A stretch of DNA of 64,000 nt from Heterodontus francisci (Eukaryota): contig NC_090400.1 of the NCBI RefSeq assembly GCF_036365525.1, positions 42,091,365-42,155,364 on the forward strand. The letters run 5' to 3'. The notes beneath the pieces are model-generated. The model made no database searches. It saw only the letters and a program-made list of their open reading frames with translations, and had not been told where the DNA came from. The position numbers and the translations under genes are program-made. The first letter of the stretch is position 1; each line of letters opens with the position of its first letter. Shown piece after piece: positions 25,031 to 38,124 of the stretch.

Positions 25031-25984
25031 TAAAGAGGAGACGATATAACCCAAAGTTTCTCAAGATGTAATTGAAATTGTTAGGCTGGATTATAGCGAG
25101 AATATTTTTGCCAAAAAATAGAAAAAAAACTTGGGGACCGATGGTTAAAGTTAAGGACATTTTGAGCTAAACATAAGTTATAGAATCACAACATCATAGT
25201 AGAAATGAACTTTAGTCATCATGTAGATTTTGGCCAGGATTTTTCACTTTGGGGGAAGCCCAGCAAATCTTGGTCATAGCAGGAGGTCATGGCCCCAATG
25301 GTCTACCCAGGGCTCGGGCCATATTGCATATCTTAGGTGGAAAACAAATGGCTGCAGCAAGCTACCGTGTGACAGTGCTAGCTATCCTTATATGGGACAT
25401 CCTAATAGACCCGAGCAATAGTAGATCACATTTGAGGCAACTCAAAAATTAACTCAGATTGACAAAATGAATTGCCCCAAAATGGAATTTTGTTTTAAAA
25501 TAATGCTTTAGTTTATGCAATTGCTCACCTTGCAATCAATTGTAGAGACTAAAGTGTCCCTTTATTTAAATTGCCCCACACTGGTATTGATGCTGTGCCA
25601 GTTTGAAATGGTAGATGGATGACCACCAGCTACTCTGTCACTGGCATGGATGCCAGGAATGTTATGGATACTCCTAGCTGCCAGTGTTGTAAAGATACAA
25701 ATGGCAGCAAATATATGTTCCCATTATTTACTTGCCATTACTGTCCACTCACCAAAATCCCAGAAGTGGTGGAGGGCATCGGTAAGCAAGGAGAGGGGCT
25801 CCCAGTAGATTTCTGATCACATTCCAGGAAGCACTGAATGCAAACTTTGGTTGAAGCATTCTAAAAGTAAATGGATATGTTCATGGTTCAGTTGAGAATA
25901 GAAGTGTACAGTATTCGTCCTGCAATAGGAGGGAAAGGCAAACGGTGTGAGCGGGTCTTGTACATGAATTAATAGCATTTCAAG

Positions 25985-26850
25985 CTACAGAACAGAAGAA
26001 ATCCATTTGGCCCATCATGCCAGTGCTGGCTCATTGAAAGAGCTATCCCGTTAGTCCCATTCCTTTGGTCTTTTCCCTTAGCCCTGCATTTTTTCCTTTA
26101 AGTATACTTCCAATTGCCTTTTGAAAGTTTCTATTGTTTTGCTTCCACCACTCTTTCAGGTGTTCCAGGTCATAACCAGATCTTATTGAAACAAATAAGG
26201 TCCTGAGGGGACTTGACAGGGCGGATGCTGAAAGGATGTTTTCCCTGGTGGGATAGACTAGAACTAGGGGGGACAGTTTAAAAATTAGGGGTTGGCCATT
26301 TAAGATGGAGATGAGGAGAAATTTGTTTCTCTCAGAGGGTTATGAGTCTTTGGAGCTCTCTTCCCCAGAGAGTGGTGGAGGCAGGGTCATTTTTAAGGCA
26401 TAGGTAGATAAATTCCCGACTAACAAGGGAGTCAAAGGATATCAGGGATAGGTGGGAAAGTGGAGTTGAGGCCACAATCAGATCAGCCATGATTTTATTA
26501 AATGGCGGAGAAGGCTCAGAGGGGCCGAATGGCCTACACCTACTCCTAATTCGTATGTTAGTATGTAACAACTGGTTGAAAAAAATACTCCATCTCCTTC
26601 TTAGTTCTTTTGATAATTATCTCAACTTTGTTTCCTTAGGTTTACAGACTCACCTGTTAGTGGAAACAGCTTCTTCTTATTTACTCTATCAAAACCCTTC
26701 ATAATTTTGAACACTCATATTAAATCTCCCCTTAACCTTTCATGCTCTAAGGAGAACAATCCTAGTTTCTCTACTCTCTCCTCATAACTGAAGTCTCTCC
26801 TCACTGGTACCATTTCAGTAAATCTCCTTTGCTTTTCATAATCCTACATT
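25985..26850. mobile_element. CR1 3' fragment (-) with a nested CR1 3' fragment (+, about 26180-26560)
   Basis: Two CR1 tails in opposite orientation; the inner one ends gaatggcctacacctactcctaattcgtatgtt. Confidence 0.75.
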
Positions 26851-27221
26851 CTATTATGAAATGATTTATTCAGGTCTCATATAATTTAGCGCCAATGGAT
26901 ATTTATGGTCCAAAATTTCTCCAGTTCAGCAAAATTACTCAGTCTGGCAAAATGAATTGCAGAGATTGAAAAATAACACCTTTGATACATTGTGGAGGCA
27001 CCTTGAAGGCCATCTACTATTGTTGTCTGTGAGATGTCCAATATGCTTAGAAACAGCACGAACATTTCCTTCTTTAACATTCAGGAAAGCAAGTTAGTAT
27101 ATATAGTGTTTGATCATTTTATTAGCTATTTTAATGTTTTCATTTTCAGAAATAATACATAAAGTAGCAAGTTAAAATACCTTTATATTTGTGTTAGTAT
27201 TTTGTGCTTAAATTGTTGCAG

Positions 27222-27506
27222 TTATCCCTATTCTGAGTAGGGATGGTGATGATCAAATAGAAGTACATGTCGATAATGATGTGACACTAACATGCAATGT
27301 GAAGTCCAATCCACCGGCTGTAATGTCCTGGTATAAAGATAACAATACCCTGAAGATGGTGGCTGGCAGACACAGTGTGTACTGGGACAGTGGTGTTTTT
27401 ACATTATCTATTAAGAAGGTACAGAAAATGGAAGGTGGGACGTACGTCTGTATGGCAGACTCCACGCTCGGAAGCAGCAATTTGGCCTTCCACCTGAATG
27501 TGAAAG
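27222..27506 (+). CDS. TMIGD1: TMIGD1 Ig domain 2 exon
   Basis: FIPILSRDG...VTLTCNVKSNPPAVMSWYK...LSIKKVQKMEGGTYVCMADS...FHLNVK. Acceptor ttgcag, donor AAG|GTAGGA, 285 nt, phase 1-1. Confidence 0.93.
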
Positions 27507-27716
27507 GTAGGAATGACCAAAACCCATAGCTTAGAAGAACAGCTAAATTAAAATGAGCAAATATATTATTCCCTTTCCTATATTCTATTTTAATCTGCAT
27601 TGTACTGAGTTTATTATCCAATACAAATAATGATTTGTTCCACTATCAAATACTGGCTTCTCTCCCTTGGCAGTTACAGTTTACCAAATATATGCGCGGA
27701 GCATAGAGAATGCAGA

Positions 27717-27953
27717 AATAAAAACAAGAAATGCTAGAAATATTCAGCAGGTCTGGCAGCATCTGTGGGGAGAGAAGCAGAGTTAACGTTTCAGGTCAGT
27801 GACCCTTCTTCAGAACTGTTCTGAAGAAGGACCACTGACCTGAAACTTCAACTCTGCTTCTCTCTCCACGGATGCTGCCAGACCTGCTGAGTATTTCCAG
27901 CATTTCTTGTTCTAATTTCAGATTTCCAGCATCTGCAGTATTTTGCTTTTATT
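27717..27953. mobile_element. Fold-back Penelope-derived short element with hammerhead core
   Basis: 14-bp TSD atagagaatgcaga (27703-27716, 27954-27967) and inverted arms of about 100 bp. The - strand at 27817-27781 reads agttCTGAAGAagggtcactgacctGAAAcgttaact. Confidence 0.85.
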
Positions 27954-28079
27954 ATAGAGAATGCAGATGTGGCTGAACTGTACTAGAAGTGCATAAATTG
28001 AAAATATTTTACTGAATGCTTGCTATCATTCGGTGGCTACCTATTTTAAACAAAGTATGAGCACATTATTCATTATTCA

Positions 28080-28270
28080 ATGGTGGAGGCAGGGGCATTA
28101 AATATTTTTAAGGCGGAGGTGGATAGATTCTTGCTCGGCAAGGGAATCAGATTATCCACGGTAGATGGGAGTGTGGAATTCGAGACAGAAACAGGTCAGC
28201 CGTGATCTCATTGAATGGTGGAGCAGGCTCAACGTGCCGAATGGCCTACTTCTGTTCCTAACTTGTATGG
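28080..28270 (+). mobile_element. CR1 3' tail
   Basis: tcagccgtgatctcattgaatggtggagcaggctc...gaatggcctacttctgttcctaacttgtatg. Confidence 0.7.
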
Positions 28271-28289
28271 TAGCAATGGCTCAGTTGAG

Positions 28290-28745
28290 ATGTCAGCTGT
28301 GGTGTAATTGGTAGCACTTGCACCTGAGTCTGAAGATTGTGGATTCAGGTCCCACTCCGGGACTTGAGCACAAAAATTTAGGCTGACACTCCAGTACAGT
28401 ACTGAGGGAGTGCTGCACTGTCTGAGATGCCATCTTTGGATGAGACATTAAACCGAGGCCCAGTCTGCCCTTTCAGGTGGACGTGAAAGATGCCATGGCA
28501 CTATCTCAAAGAAGAGTAAGGAGTTATCCCTGGTGTCCTGGCCAATATTTATCCTCACCATCACAAAAACAGATTATCTGGTCCTTATCACATTGCTGTT
28601 TGTGGGAGCTTTCTGTGGGCAAATTGGCTGTTATGTTTCCTACATTGCAACAGTGACCACACTTCAAAAATATTTCATTGACTGTAAAGCACTTTGGGAA
28701 GTCCTGAGATAAAGAAAGTCCCTGTATAAATGCAAGTCTTTCTTT
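28290..28745 (+). mobile_element. tRNA-derived DeuSINE (SacSINE1-like)
   Basis: tRNA-like head, Deu-domain-like gatgagacattaaaccgaggccc...aaagatgccatggcacta, L2-like tail tgtaaagcactttggga...tataaatgcaagtctttc. Confidence 0.75.
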
Positions 28746-28845
28746 TCTCCTTCCTTCTTTCTATCCATCCATCCATCTATCCATCTTTAATTGGCACGTT
28801 TTTAATTACTGCAGCTTGTAACAAAGTCATTATATTCTTTGACAG

Positions 28846-28949
28846 ATAAACCATATAAAGTACCCTTTGAACCAATCATTGCTGGGTTAGTGGTTCTTAT
28901 CCTAACCATTGCTTTCGGAGTCGTTTCACGGAGAAAAGTAATTATTGAG
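28846..28949 (+). CDS. TMIGD1: TMIGD1 transmembrane exon (DKPYKVPFEPIIAGLVVLILTIAFGVVSRRKVIIE)
   Basis: Resembles human DKTVGVPIEPIIAACVVIFLTLCFGLIARRKKIMK as recalled. Acceptor tttgacag, phase-0 donor GAG|GTGAGT. Not in the ORF track. Confidence 0.92.
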
Positions 28950-29119
28950 GTGAGTGTACCAAAAAATGGAAACTTTTAAAACAAGAGCTGAATAGCATTT
29001 AGAAAAATGCAGCCCAAGGTATGGACTGGTCAGTGTTCTGTGATGGAAATGTAACACCCCAATTAATGGTGAGGAATCCCAATACAGTGAATTCTCAATT
29101 TTGTCCACGGCATCAATTT

Positions 29120-29458
29120 GATTTAGATATACAGCACTGAAACAGGCCCTTCGGCCCACCGAGTCTGTGCCGAGCATTAACCACCCATTTATACTAATCC
29201 TACACTAATCCCATATTCCTATCACATCCTCACCTGTCCCTATATTCCCCTACCACCTACCTATACTAGGGGAAATTTATAATGGCCAATTTACCTATCA
29301 AGTCTTTTTGGCTGTGGGAGGAAACTGGAGCACTCAGAGGAAACCCACGCAGACACAGGGAGAACTTGCAAACTCCACACAGGCAGTACCCAGAATTGAA
29401 CCTGGGTCGCTGGAGCTGTGAGGCTGCGGTGCTAACCACTGCGCCACTGTGCCGCCCA
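29120..29458 (-). mobile_element. HE1/V-SINE-like tRNA SINE
   Basis: Reverse complement of 4882-5199. Confidence 0.85.
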
Positions 29459-30384
29459 TGGTTTGAATGGAGAGCATCACAAGCAGGAAGGAAAAATTGA
29501 AACAAGCTTCACTGCTTTTGTGAATCTGGCAACTAGTTCAAAAGTAGAGTTAGTAGAAGTCTGGGAGCTGTTCATCTACCTGCCTTGCAGACCTGGGAAT
29601 GAATGGTTTGTATTACAGGTAAACTCAGAAATAGATAAAAGAGACAGAAATCCATAATCTGTGCAGGGAGACTGTTGTTCAAATCACAAACAACTGACCC
29701 AAGGCATGGATCATTTTATTATTTTACTTACTGCAAAAAGTGGTGCATAAATCACATCTTATCACATTCCAAATACTTTTTCTCATGCCCTATGCAAAGG
29801 ACCACTTCAACAGGCATGCCCACACTAACATGAATTGAAACCAGATTTTATATGTGAAATAAACTGTGAAGAGGAAATCCCTGGATCACCAGTAACTCTA
29901 TTTACTGTTGATCTGTACACTGGAAATCATAACATTGGACCTCACTAATGAACAGTTAGTAGGCTTGATAGACTATAGGTCACACAAGAATTAAAAATCA
30001 AGTTTAATAGGAAATAAAATGAGCAGAAGCATAGGTAAGAACAACAGCAGATAGATGAAACCGTGTTTCGCACTTAGCCTACAAAACCTATTACAAAATA
30101 ATGTAACATTTTGGCCTGGATTTTGCTTTGAGAATAAAGGTAAGGCTAACAGCACTTACCGTTATAATGAGATAAATCAGACAGCAACTACCAAATACAT
30201 ATGCAGTTAAACACGGAAATCCAGAAGTTATGGTCCAAGCTACACTGCTCCTCCACATGCTGCGCTGGAACAGTACCTCATTGATGGACTCAGCTTTGAA
30301 ATACATATAAAGGCATGAAGTTACTGTACTTACCCACTAGTTACCTACTAAACACAGCAGAAAATGCCAGGGTTGGTGTATTCA

Positions 30385-30830
30385 GCTGTAAGTGAATTTT
30401 TAATAACATGATCAGTCATAATTATTGCCAACCTTTCTGGCACTGAAAATTTAGTTTTATATGCGTGAAGTCTCATTCCTACAGAGTTTAATTAGTCTTG
30501 AAGATTTTTTATTACTTTATCTTTCTGTCTCTTTTGTCTCTTTCTTAATCCGCTCTTCCATTCCTTTTTTTATTTTGCTTTCTGGACGTGATTTAAATCT
30601 GCTTTATACCTCCTAGTTTAGATTCTGCGTGGCTCAGTGAGGATTCTTCATTCTGATTGGTTGAAAAGCTTCCCTGTTGCTTGCCAACACACACCACAGT
30701 GGGTGCAGTGCTAGATCAGATGCCTGTGACAGCAAGTTGCCACTCAAAAATCTGCGAGAAATCTCAGTGAGCAGCTGTCAGAGTTGTGAGCGGCTACTGT
30801 GTCCCTTTGCCACGGACTGCAAAAATCCAG
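30385..30830. repeat. Unclassified interspersed repeat (second copy about 47595-47995)
   Basis: Shared collinear blocks: tggcactgaa, gtctcattc, a long CT-rich tract, cctagtt.aga.tct and ttgcttgcc. Confidence 0.55.
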
Positions 30831-31109
30831 GCCTTTGAGATCTAATAATTCTCTGTGATATCAGATTTTTACTTTGGACCAATAATCGTTGAGTTCCACC
30901 ATCCTCCGCTTGTCTGCTGCTATGAAAGCAGAGATTCACAAACAAAACTTGATGTGGGAATCCAGTTGTTGACTTATTTAGCAAAAACAGTGCAATAACT
31001 CTCTGCTTCAAAGCATAGTCTGCAAGATAAAGGTATCCTTCCCAATTAAATAACACTGCCAACTGAAGTGATATTCAAAGTAGCTATCTTACAGCTTTTC
31101 CTAATGTAT

Positions 31110-31880
31110 AGGCCCACAAATTTATAGAGAGGCAGAGAGTGAGAGAGGGCACATACATGCGGTCAGAAAACCCAGAAATACCAGGAAGGTAGAGGTCCTG
31201 CCAGATATAACGGCAGGACGTCATTAGAATTTTTAAACTCCCTTTCCTGCCCCACAACTGGCGGACTGACCAGCTGGGCAGGAAAGCCTGCAGTAGAAGG
31301 TTGCAGTTGGGAACCACTAGGAACTGCCCTGACAACCGGAGAAGATTGGGGATTGGTGAGGGAAGCTGCCAGAGTGAGACAGTGAGGAGGGAGGGCAAGA
31401 TTGCAGGAGTGGTAGTTGGGGGGTTGGGTAATTGAGATCCTGGGGTAGGGGCTTTAAAGATTTCATGGCGGTGGGGGGGGGGGGGGGGGTCGACTGATCA
31501 CAGGAAGGGAAATATCGCAGCAGAAGGTTTGCTTGAGGTGCTGGGAGCTAGCATTCTTGCTTTTCCTGGCCCATGAACAGGGCTGGAAAAGCACTTACCT
31601 ACTGGGTCCTGGCAGCAACTGCCTCCCCTCAGCTGCTGGGAAACCCAGCCCACAGCTATTGAATTTAAATGCCTCACAAAATTTGAGGAAAGTGGCCTCT
31701 CCAGAGCAGGTAACTCAGACGCCCTCAAGACCGTCACAGTTAAACTGGAAGTCGGCGCATTCATGGTGGGTTGGGTTTGGGTTTCACATTTTTACCAATT
31801 TAACCACTCCACCGCTTCTCCCCACCAACACCCCAATTCCGATCTTCTCCCAACCATCATGAAGGGGTTACAATTTCTCC
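31110..31880. mobile_element. Probable non-autonomous DNA transposon remnant
   Basis: GC-rich non-coding island with decayed inverted termini (ggcccacaaattt ... caatttctccc), similar in style to 38125-38830. Confidence 0.35.
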
Positions 31881-33651
31881 CATAATGTGAAACAAAGCAA
31901 CTCTGTTTTGGACTGATAGCCAAATCCCCAATGGGCTATGCAGCACTGTTAATGTCAGTCTTCAGATACTTTTTAGGCAATCCACCTTAGCAGGATCTGC
32001 CAACCCTCTTTGAAGTGACTTTAAAACATTGGTTAAGATGTGTGTTTCCTTCAGTTCAGACAAATGTCCTTCCAGGAAGTAGTGGGGACTTTTTAAACTT
32101 TTCATAAAACTGCCGATATATCAATTCCAATATTCAAGTATGGAGTCCCTTATGGAATGAAACAGGATAACTCCACTATCATTATGGATTTTTATGACTG
32201 TCAAACTTGAGGGGTGGCTTACATGCTATTGAAAACTATCTTTTGCCCTGGCTTAGAGGTTCCTGCAGCATTGATTGTACTTTTTTATGGTAGGAATTAT
32301 AATAAACTGATCACAGTGACTGCTGGAAAAGTTTATATACATTAAAGGACACCTTTGTTCACTGTGACACATGGCAATAAGACACATTCTGACCCACAGT
32401 TCCCAATATTTTGAGCTTCTCAATATTTTCCTCAATATATAGTATCATGAGTGTATTTCAAAATTTGAAACATCATTCTAAGAAAGGTATTTTATGATTT
32501 ACTTACTCCAAATGTAACCATCTTTATTTTGGAGCATTAGTCACAGGTGGTTTTATCCTCAAAAAGATGGAGCCCTCTGGAATGGTGACAAGATGGGAAA
32601 AATGGACTTTGTTTGGGATTTAAAACTGAAAAGTTGAAGAAGGAACAATTTCTTCTCCCAAATGGAAGTAGAATGATCAAAGTGCTCATTGGTTCAAATG
32701 CAAAGAGGTGTAGAGCATTTGAAACCATCAGTTGTACTTGGAATGAACTTTATCCATTCTTTAATTACCTATTGCTGTAGGTGGTAGTTAAAACTGACAT
32801 AGTACCTGCCTCGTGCCACAAATATGGTATTTGTTCAGCGGATTATCTTTCAGAAGCCACATAAGAGCCTGCAATTCAGTTGCCCATCCAGCTAAAAGTT
32901 GGAACAGTTACATAAAACTCTCAATATAAAAGAACTTAAGGGGTATTTCAGGATGGGAAAGAGAAGTAACTGAATGTAATATGTTTGGTTGAAGACTGAC
33001 TCAGCAAAACCAGTACAGAAGCTCTCTGAGCTATGCACTTAATTAATTTCAGGAAAGATGCATATTAAATGTGTGAGAATTCAAGCACAGGATTTCACTG
33101 TTACAGAATGTTACATAGAATTAGTGACTTGTACTTTACACCTCACTCCGTTAAGTACAGTGTAAAGTATGTGAGCACTCCCAGCAATATGGATACATAT
33201 TGTATTGAGCAATGCTCTGCAAGTTCATGAACTTAAGGCCATTGAATTGTTTAATTATACACTTCTTTAGTTAAATGTGACTGATTTATATTGGGCTACA
33301 GGTTAATACATCAGCTCAAGATTAGCTCACAGCCAAAATTTTCAGCGTATTCTGCTAAAAGCTGTTGAAATAAGATACATTTATTGCAATTATAAAAGAA
33401 GATTCGGACCAAAGTTCTCTGTTCCCTGAACATGGTAGTAAATCCAATAGGAGATGGATGAGAAGGGAATTCTTGTTTTAATGGAAAATAAGAGTGTGGC
33501 TGATTTTATTTTTCATAATCAATATTTTGCTAATGAAATTACACTCAGAACTCAAATGCTTCAGAACAATGTTCCTACAATTTTGTTAATAGGTTCTTAA
33601 TTATGGAGGAAGCAGCATTCTCCCTTTCTTACGAAAAGAGGAATTTTACCC

Positions 33652-33887
33652 TAAAATAAAAACAAAGTGCTGGAAATGCTCAGCAGGTCTGGCAGCATCT
33701 GTGGAGGGAGAAGCAGAGTTAACGTTTCAGGTCAGTGACCTTTCATCAGAACTGATGAAGGGTCACTGACCTGAAATGTTAACTCTGTTTCTCTCTCCAC
33801 AGATGCTGCCTGACCTGCTGAGTATTACCAGCATTTTCTGTTTTTATTTCAGATTTGCAGCATCTGCAGTATTTCATTTTTATTTTA
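33652..33887. mobile_element. Fold-back Penelope-derived short element
   Basis: Inverted arms around tcatcagaactgatga, CTGATGA...GAAA core on both strands, imperfect TSD aggaattttaccc / aggaatttttaccc. Confidence 0.8.
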
Positions 33888-34268
33888 GGAATTTTTACCC
33901 CACTTTGGTAGTAACAGAACTATTCCCTAAAATCCTGTCAGTTCCAGTTTTTCCTGTGACTTTCAATGTTGGCAATTGTGGAAACTGCACAAACAATCCA
34001 TAACTTTAAGATAAAAGGAGCCTTGTGTTTCATTCATATGGATAAGTGGCACCTTAGCCACGATGCTATGCTGCATTATATTAGTAAATGAACTATTACT
34101 GTCCAGTCTTGTGGGGCAGTGGGCGGGGGGGAGGCGGGGTTTGGGGGGTGGGTGGTGGAATCTGCTATTGTACTTGTATAGGCAATATCTAAACAGATTT
34201 ACTGAGCAACATACTAACTTACTGCTACAGCCACAGAAAAATTTCACTTGGTGGAATTTCTTTTTCAG

Positions 34269-34280
34269 GCCTGCAGATAG
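34269..34280 (+). CDS. TMIGD1: Candidate TMIGD1 last coding exon (ACR*)
   Basis: Acceptor tttctttttcag at 34268. Phase 0 gives A-C-R-stop, with the Cys aligning to human LCMK. Followed by AT-rich unique sequence with AATAAA at 34716. Confidence 0.6.
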   Translation, partial: ACR

Positions 34281-34715
34281 AAAACCAACATGAGCACTGA
34301 TACTGAGTAGGAAGGCAAGGCTGTAAGTACCATTCATCTTCTGTTGTGCTTCATATTTAATTAAAGACAAGCTACCGACACATTGTAATTACGCTTTGCA
34401 CATTTATTACAGAGTAGCTTGGAGGAAACCCACAAATTCCTCAAAGGAAATTTAATCCAAGATAAAATGTTCTTTTCTGCAGAATGCCAAAGGAACAAAG
34501 ACAAAAGTAATGAAGAAAATCTTTAAAGTATAAAGCAGTGTAAGAAGAAGGAATGTACTGATGCCAGCTCTGCCTAATATTGCTTTGTACATGTAGAATT
34601 TCACTTACTCTCGCCCCCTCCCCCCAATTATTAGCGTTGAACACTTGAATTACTATTCTGTTATTTAATTAGATTAAACACGTCTATAACCTTCTCCATG
34701 CCATTTCATTCTTGA

Positions 34716-34721
34716 AATAAA
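34716..34721 (+). terminator. TMIGD1: Candidate TMIGD1 polyadenylation signal
   Basis: AATAAA about 440 nt after the stop, with T-rich downstream sequence. Confidence 0.4.
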
Positions 34722-35119
34722 AATCTTATATTTTTGCAAGATTTTTATAAGCCATCATTTGTTATTTTAAATGATTTTGTTCTTTAGTAAACATACTAAC
34801 TTTACTGATTTTATTTCTACTCGAATAATCAAAATTATTTATCTGTTTTGTGTCTTTATCTGAGGTAAAATATGTTAATTTCAAAGCTGTGTTGTAAAAT
34901 AAGCCAAGAATATTCTTTGGGAAAAATGTGCTGATAAATATTTTATTTGCTGTTAAAATTTGTGAAGTATTGTAGACCTCTTTGATAATTTTTCCAGTGA
35001 GGTTTGGGCACTTCTTCCATTTACTTCAATGTATGGTTCCTTCATATGTGTAATGAAGATCTGATTGACCTACTTTCTCCTGTCCAGTTAGGAAAATCTA
35101 CTGTAATATGTTTGTATGA

Positions 35120-35465
35120 CAGCTTGGCTCAGGTGGTAGCATTCTTGCTTCTGACTTAGGTTGCAGGTTTATACCCTACTTCTGGATCCAAGCGCATAAC
35201 CTAGGTTGACAGAGGAAGTGCTCATTTGTTGAAAGTACTATCCTTTGGGTAACACCTTAAACAGAGACCCAGCCTTCTTGTCCTGATGGACATTAGAAGT
35301 CCCATAGCACTAATGATTGGGGAATTCTGCTGGTATTCCTCCAATATTCCTCCTTCTGCTAACATCCCCAAAGGCAAGTTAATTAGTCATTGATCTCATT
35401 ACAATGTTGCACAGAAAATGGATCCTGCATTTGGCTAAATATCAATCATTGCACTGCAAAGTAAT
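35120..35465 (+). mobile_element. Old SacSINE1-like SINE
   Basis: tRNA-like head cagcttggctcaggtggtagcattc and a diverged Deu-like core. Confidence 0.5.
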
Positions 35466-35814
35466 TTTTTTGATTCATTCATGGGATGTGAGCGTCGCTG
35501 GCAAAGCCAGCATTTTTTGCCCATCCCTAATTGCATTCAAGAAGGTGATGGTGAGCTGCCTTCTTGAATACAATGATAAGAAATGATTGTTCTGAGAATA
35601 TTATAGAATTACTAGAAATGGTAGTTGTAGAAGAAATGCTTGGGCTGTGGCTTTTGAGCAATAGGTTTCTCTTTTCCACCCCCTCCCACCTCAAGAATCC
35701 TCCAGCTGCCTGCTGGAGATAGCAGCGACACAGCAGTCTCGATAGATAGTGTTTTCCAGACAATCATTATCTAGGTCAACCACCCAGACACAGAGCTGCA
35801 TTAGGCATAGACCT

Positions 35815-35921
35815 AGGGTTCCGAAGAAGGGTCACTGACCCGAAATGTTAACTCTGCTTCTCTTTCCACAGATGCTGCCAGACCTGCTGAGTGGTTCCAG
35901 CATTTCTTGTTTTTATTATTA
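35815..35921 (+). mobile_element. Single-arm Penelope-derived short element
   Basis: agggttCCGAAGAagggtcactgacccGAAAtgttaactct, flanked by a repeated attaggcataga (12-bp TSD). Confidence 0.75.
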
Positions 35922-36504
35922 TATTAGGCATAGAGCTTCCTGGGCCTGATAAGATGGGAACTCATGCCAGCTTATTTAAACTGCTTGGTGAACCTAACAA
36001 GATGTTCTTATAACACAATAAGCAACAAGGAGACTTCATGGGCTGGAGGGCTGAGATAGGAGGGGTATACTTTGGTTACCTTTCCCTTAGTAATTGAACA
36101 ATTGGATGAGAAGATGCAATTGAATGAGTGATTGGCGTAGGACACCCACCAGCCCCCGAGAAATAAGGTAAAGAAAAGGGTACTAGGAGGGGAAAGGTAC
36201 ATTGGACAAGGGAGAGCTTTTTGTGGTGGATCCATGCTGTCTTCAGCCTAACACCCTATTAGCTCAAAAAGACGGAGAGGAGAAGAGACTGAGACTGCCA
36301 CTGCTAGCTATGGAGATCAGCATCTCAGCACCACTCTGCTTCATCCATCCATTCATCTAATTTGGGACTGGTAAACCGTTCTCACCTGTTACAGGTTATA
36401 CATCTATCTATTTAGCATATATATCATATCTAAACTGTTGCTTCTAAATAAACTGCTTTAAACCACTTGTGACTTCAACCCCTGTGATTCCTGGCAAAAT
36501 CTTC

Positions 36505-37830
36505 TTTTTTCCAAAAATATAATTTATTCATAAAAATTTGCAAAAATACATTACAAAACAATTCAAATTTCACATTTCGGAAAGTACAATAGAGATCAGA
36601 TTTGTTCGATAGAGAAAACATGAAGTGCCTCACAATTCTTGTCATTCCATTTTAAATGCAATGTACATTGGCATTATATAGTCCGCTACTATGTCCAGAC
36701 TGGCCAAGAGGGTGTGGGAAAATGCCGCACTGACACGGAACACAAAAGTCCGAGTGTTTCAAGCCTGTGTCCTCAGTACCTTGCTCTACGGCAACGAGGC
36801 CTGGACAACGTATGTCAGCCAAGAGTGATGTCTCAACTCATTCCATCTTCGCTGCCTCCAGAGAATCCTTGGCATCAGGTGGCAGGACCGTATCTCCAAC
36901 ACAGAAGTCCTCGGGGCAGCCAACATCCCCAGCATATACACCCTACTGAGCCAGCTGCGCTTGAGATGGCTTGGTCATGTGAGCCGCATGGAAGATGGCA
37001 GGATTCCTAAGGATGCATTGTACAGCGATCTCGTCACTGGTATCAGACCCACTGGCCATCCATGTCTCCGCTTTAAAGACGTCTGCAAACGCAACATGAA
37101 GTCCTGTGACATCGACCTCAAGTCGTGGGAGTCAGTTGCCAGTGATCGCCAGAGCTGGCAGACAGCCATAAAGGCGGGGCTAAAGAGTGGCGAGTCAAAG
37201 AGACTTAGCAGTTGGCAGGAAAAAAGACAGAAGTACAAGGAGAGAGCCAAATGTGTAACAGCCCCGACAACCAATTTTATCTGCAGCGCCTGTGGAAGAG
37301 TCTGTCAGTCTAGAATTGGCCTTTATAGCCACTCCAGGCGCTGCTTCACAAACCACTAACCACCTCCAGGCGCTTACCCATTGTCTCTCGAGACAAGAAG
37401 GCCAAAGAAGAAGAAGAGTAAAAAAAAAAAATTTAGTGCATACAGCCCGAGGGGTTTTACACGGGTTTCAGCCCCTTGGTATACTCTGGCGGGAAGACCT
37501 TACACAGTGATCTTTCCCCATTGACCCTAGAAAGCAGCTGCCCCAAGCTTTAGTGCGTCCCTCAGCATATTGTCCTGGACCTCGGCTGTGGACAACTCTT
37601 TGCTCTGGAAGACCAGCAGGTTTTGGGCAGACCAAAGTGCGTCCTTCACCGAGTTAATGGTCCTCCAGCAGCAGTTGATGTTACTCTCGGTGTGCTTCCC
37701 TGGGAACAGCCCGTAGAGCACAGACTCCTGTGTTGCGGAGCTGTTTGGGATGAACCTCAACAAAACCCACTGCATCTCTTTCCACACTTGCTTTGCAAAG
37801 GCACATTCCAGATGGAGGTGGACTCTTACA
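36505..37830 (-). mobile_element. Tx1/L1-clade LINE 3' fragment interrupted by an RTE
   Basis: - strand HLHLECAFAKQVWKEMQW...VLYGLFPG...INSVKDALWSAQNLLVFQ, a Tx1-type ORF2 C-terminus. 3' UTR lies at 36505-36680 and 37435-37525. Confidence 0.8.
36690..37418 (+). mobile_element. RTE (BovB-like) 3' fragment
   Basis: ORF 36961-37359 RWLGHVSRMEDGRIPKD...FICSACGRVCQSRIGLYSHSRRC, (GAA)n tail. Confidence 0.9.
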
Positions 37831-38124
37831 CAAGGCTTACTAGGCCAGTTCAGAGGACAGTTAAGAGAGACCACATTGCTGTGGGTCTGGAGTTACATAT
37901 AAGCCAGATTTACAACAGTCCCATAGTTTTACAGTCACCCTAACTCTTACTAGTTTTTTAATTCCAGATTTATTTTAATTAACTGAATTTAAATTCCTGC
38001 TATGGTGTGATTTAAATCCATGTCTCTAGATCATTATTCCAGGCATCTGGATGACTAGACAAATAACATACCCACTCTCTTACTGTATGCATGAAGCACT
38101 TGGATGCTGCTGAGAGTCATTATA

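Noticed and set aside
31474-31489. Poly-G run as a functional G-quadruplex
   Set aside because: A simple homopolymer inside a probable transposon remnant, with no supporting context.
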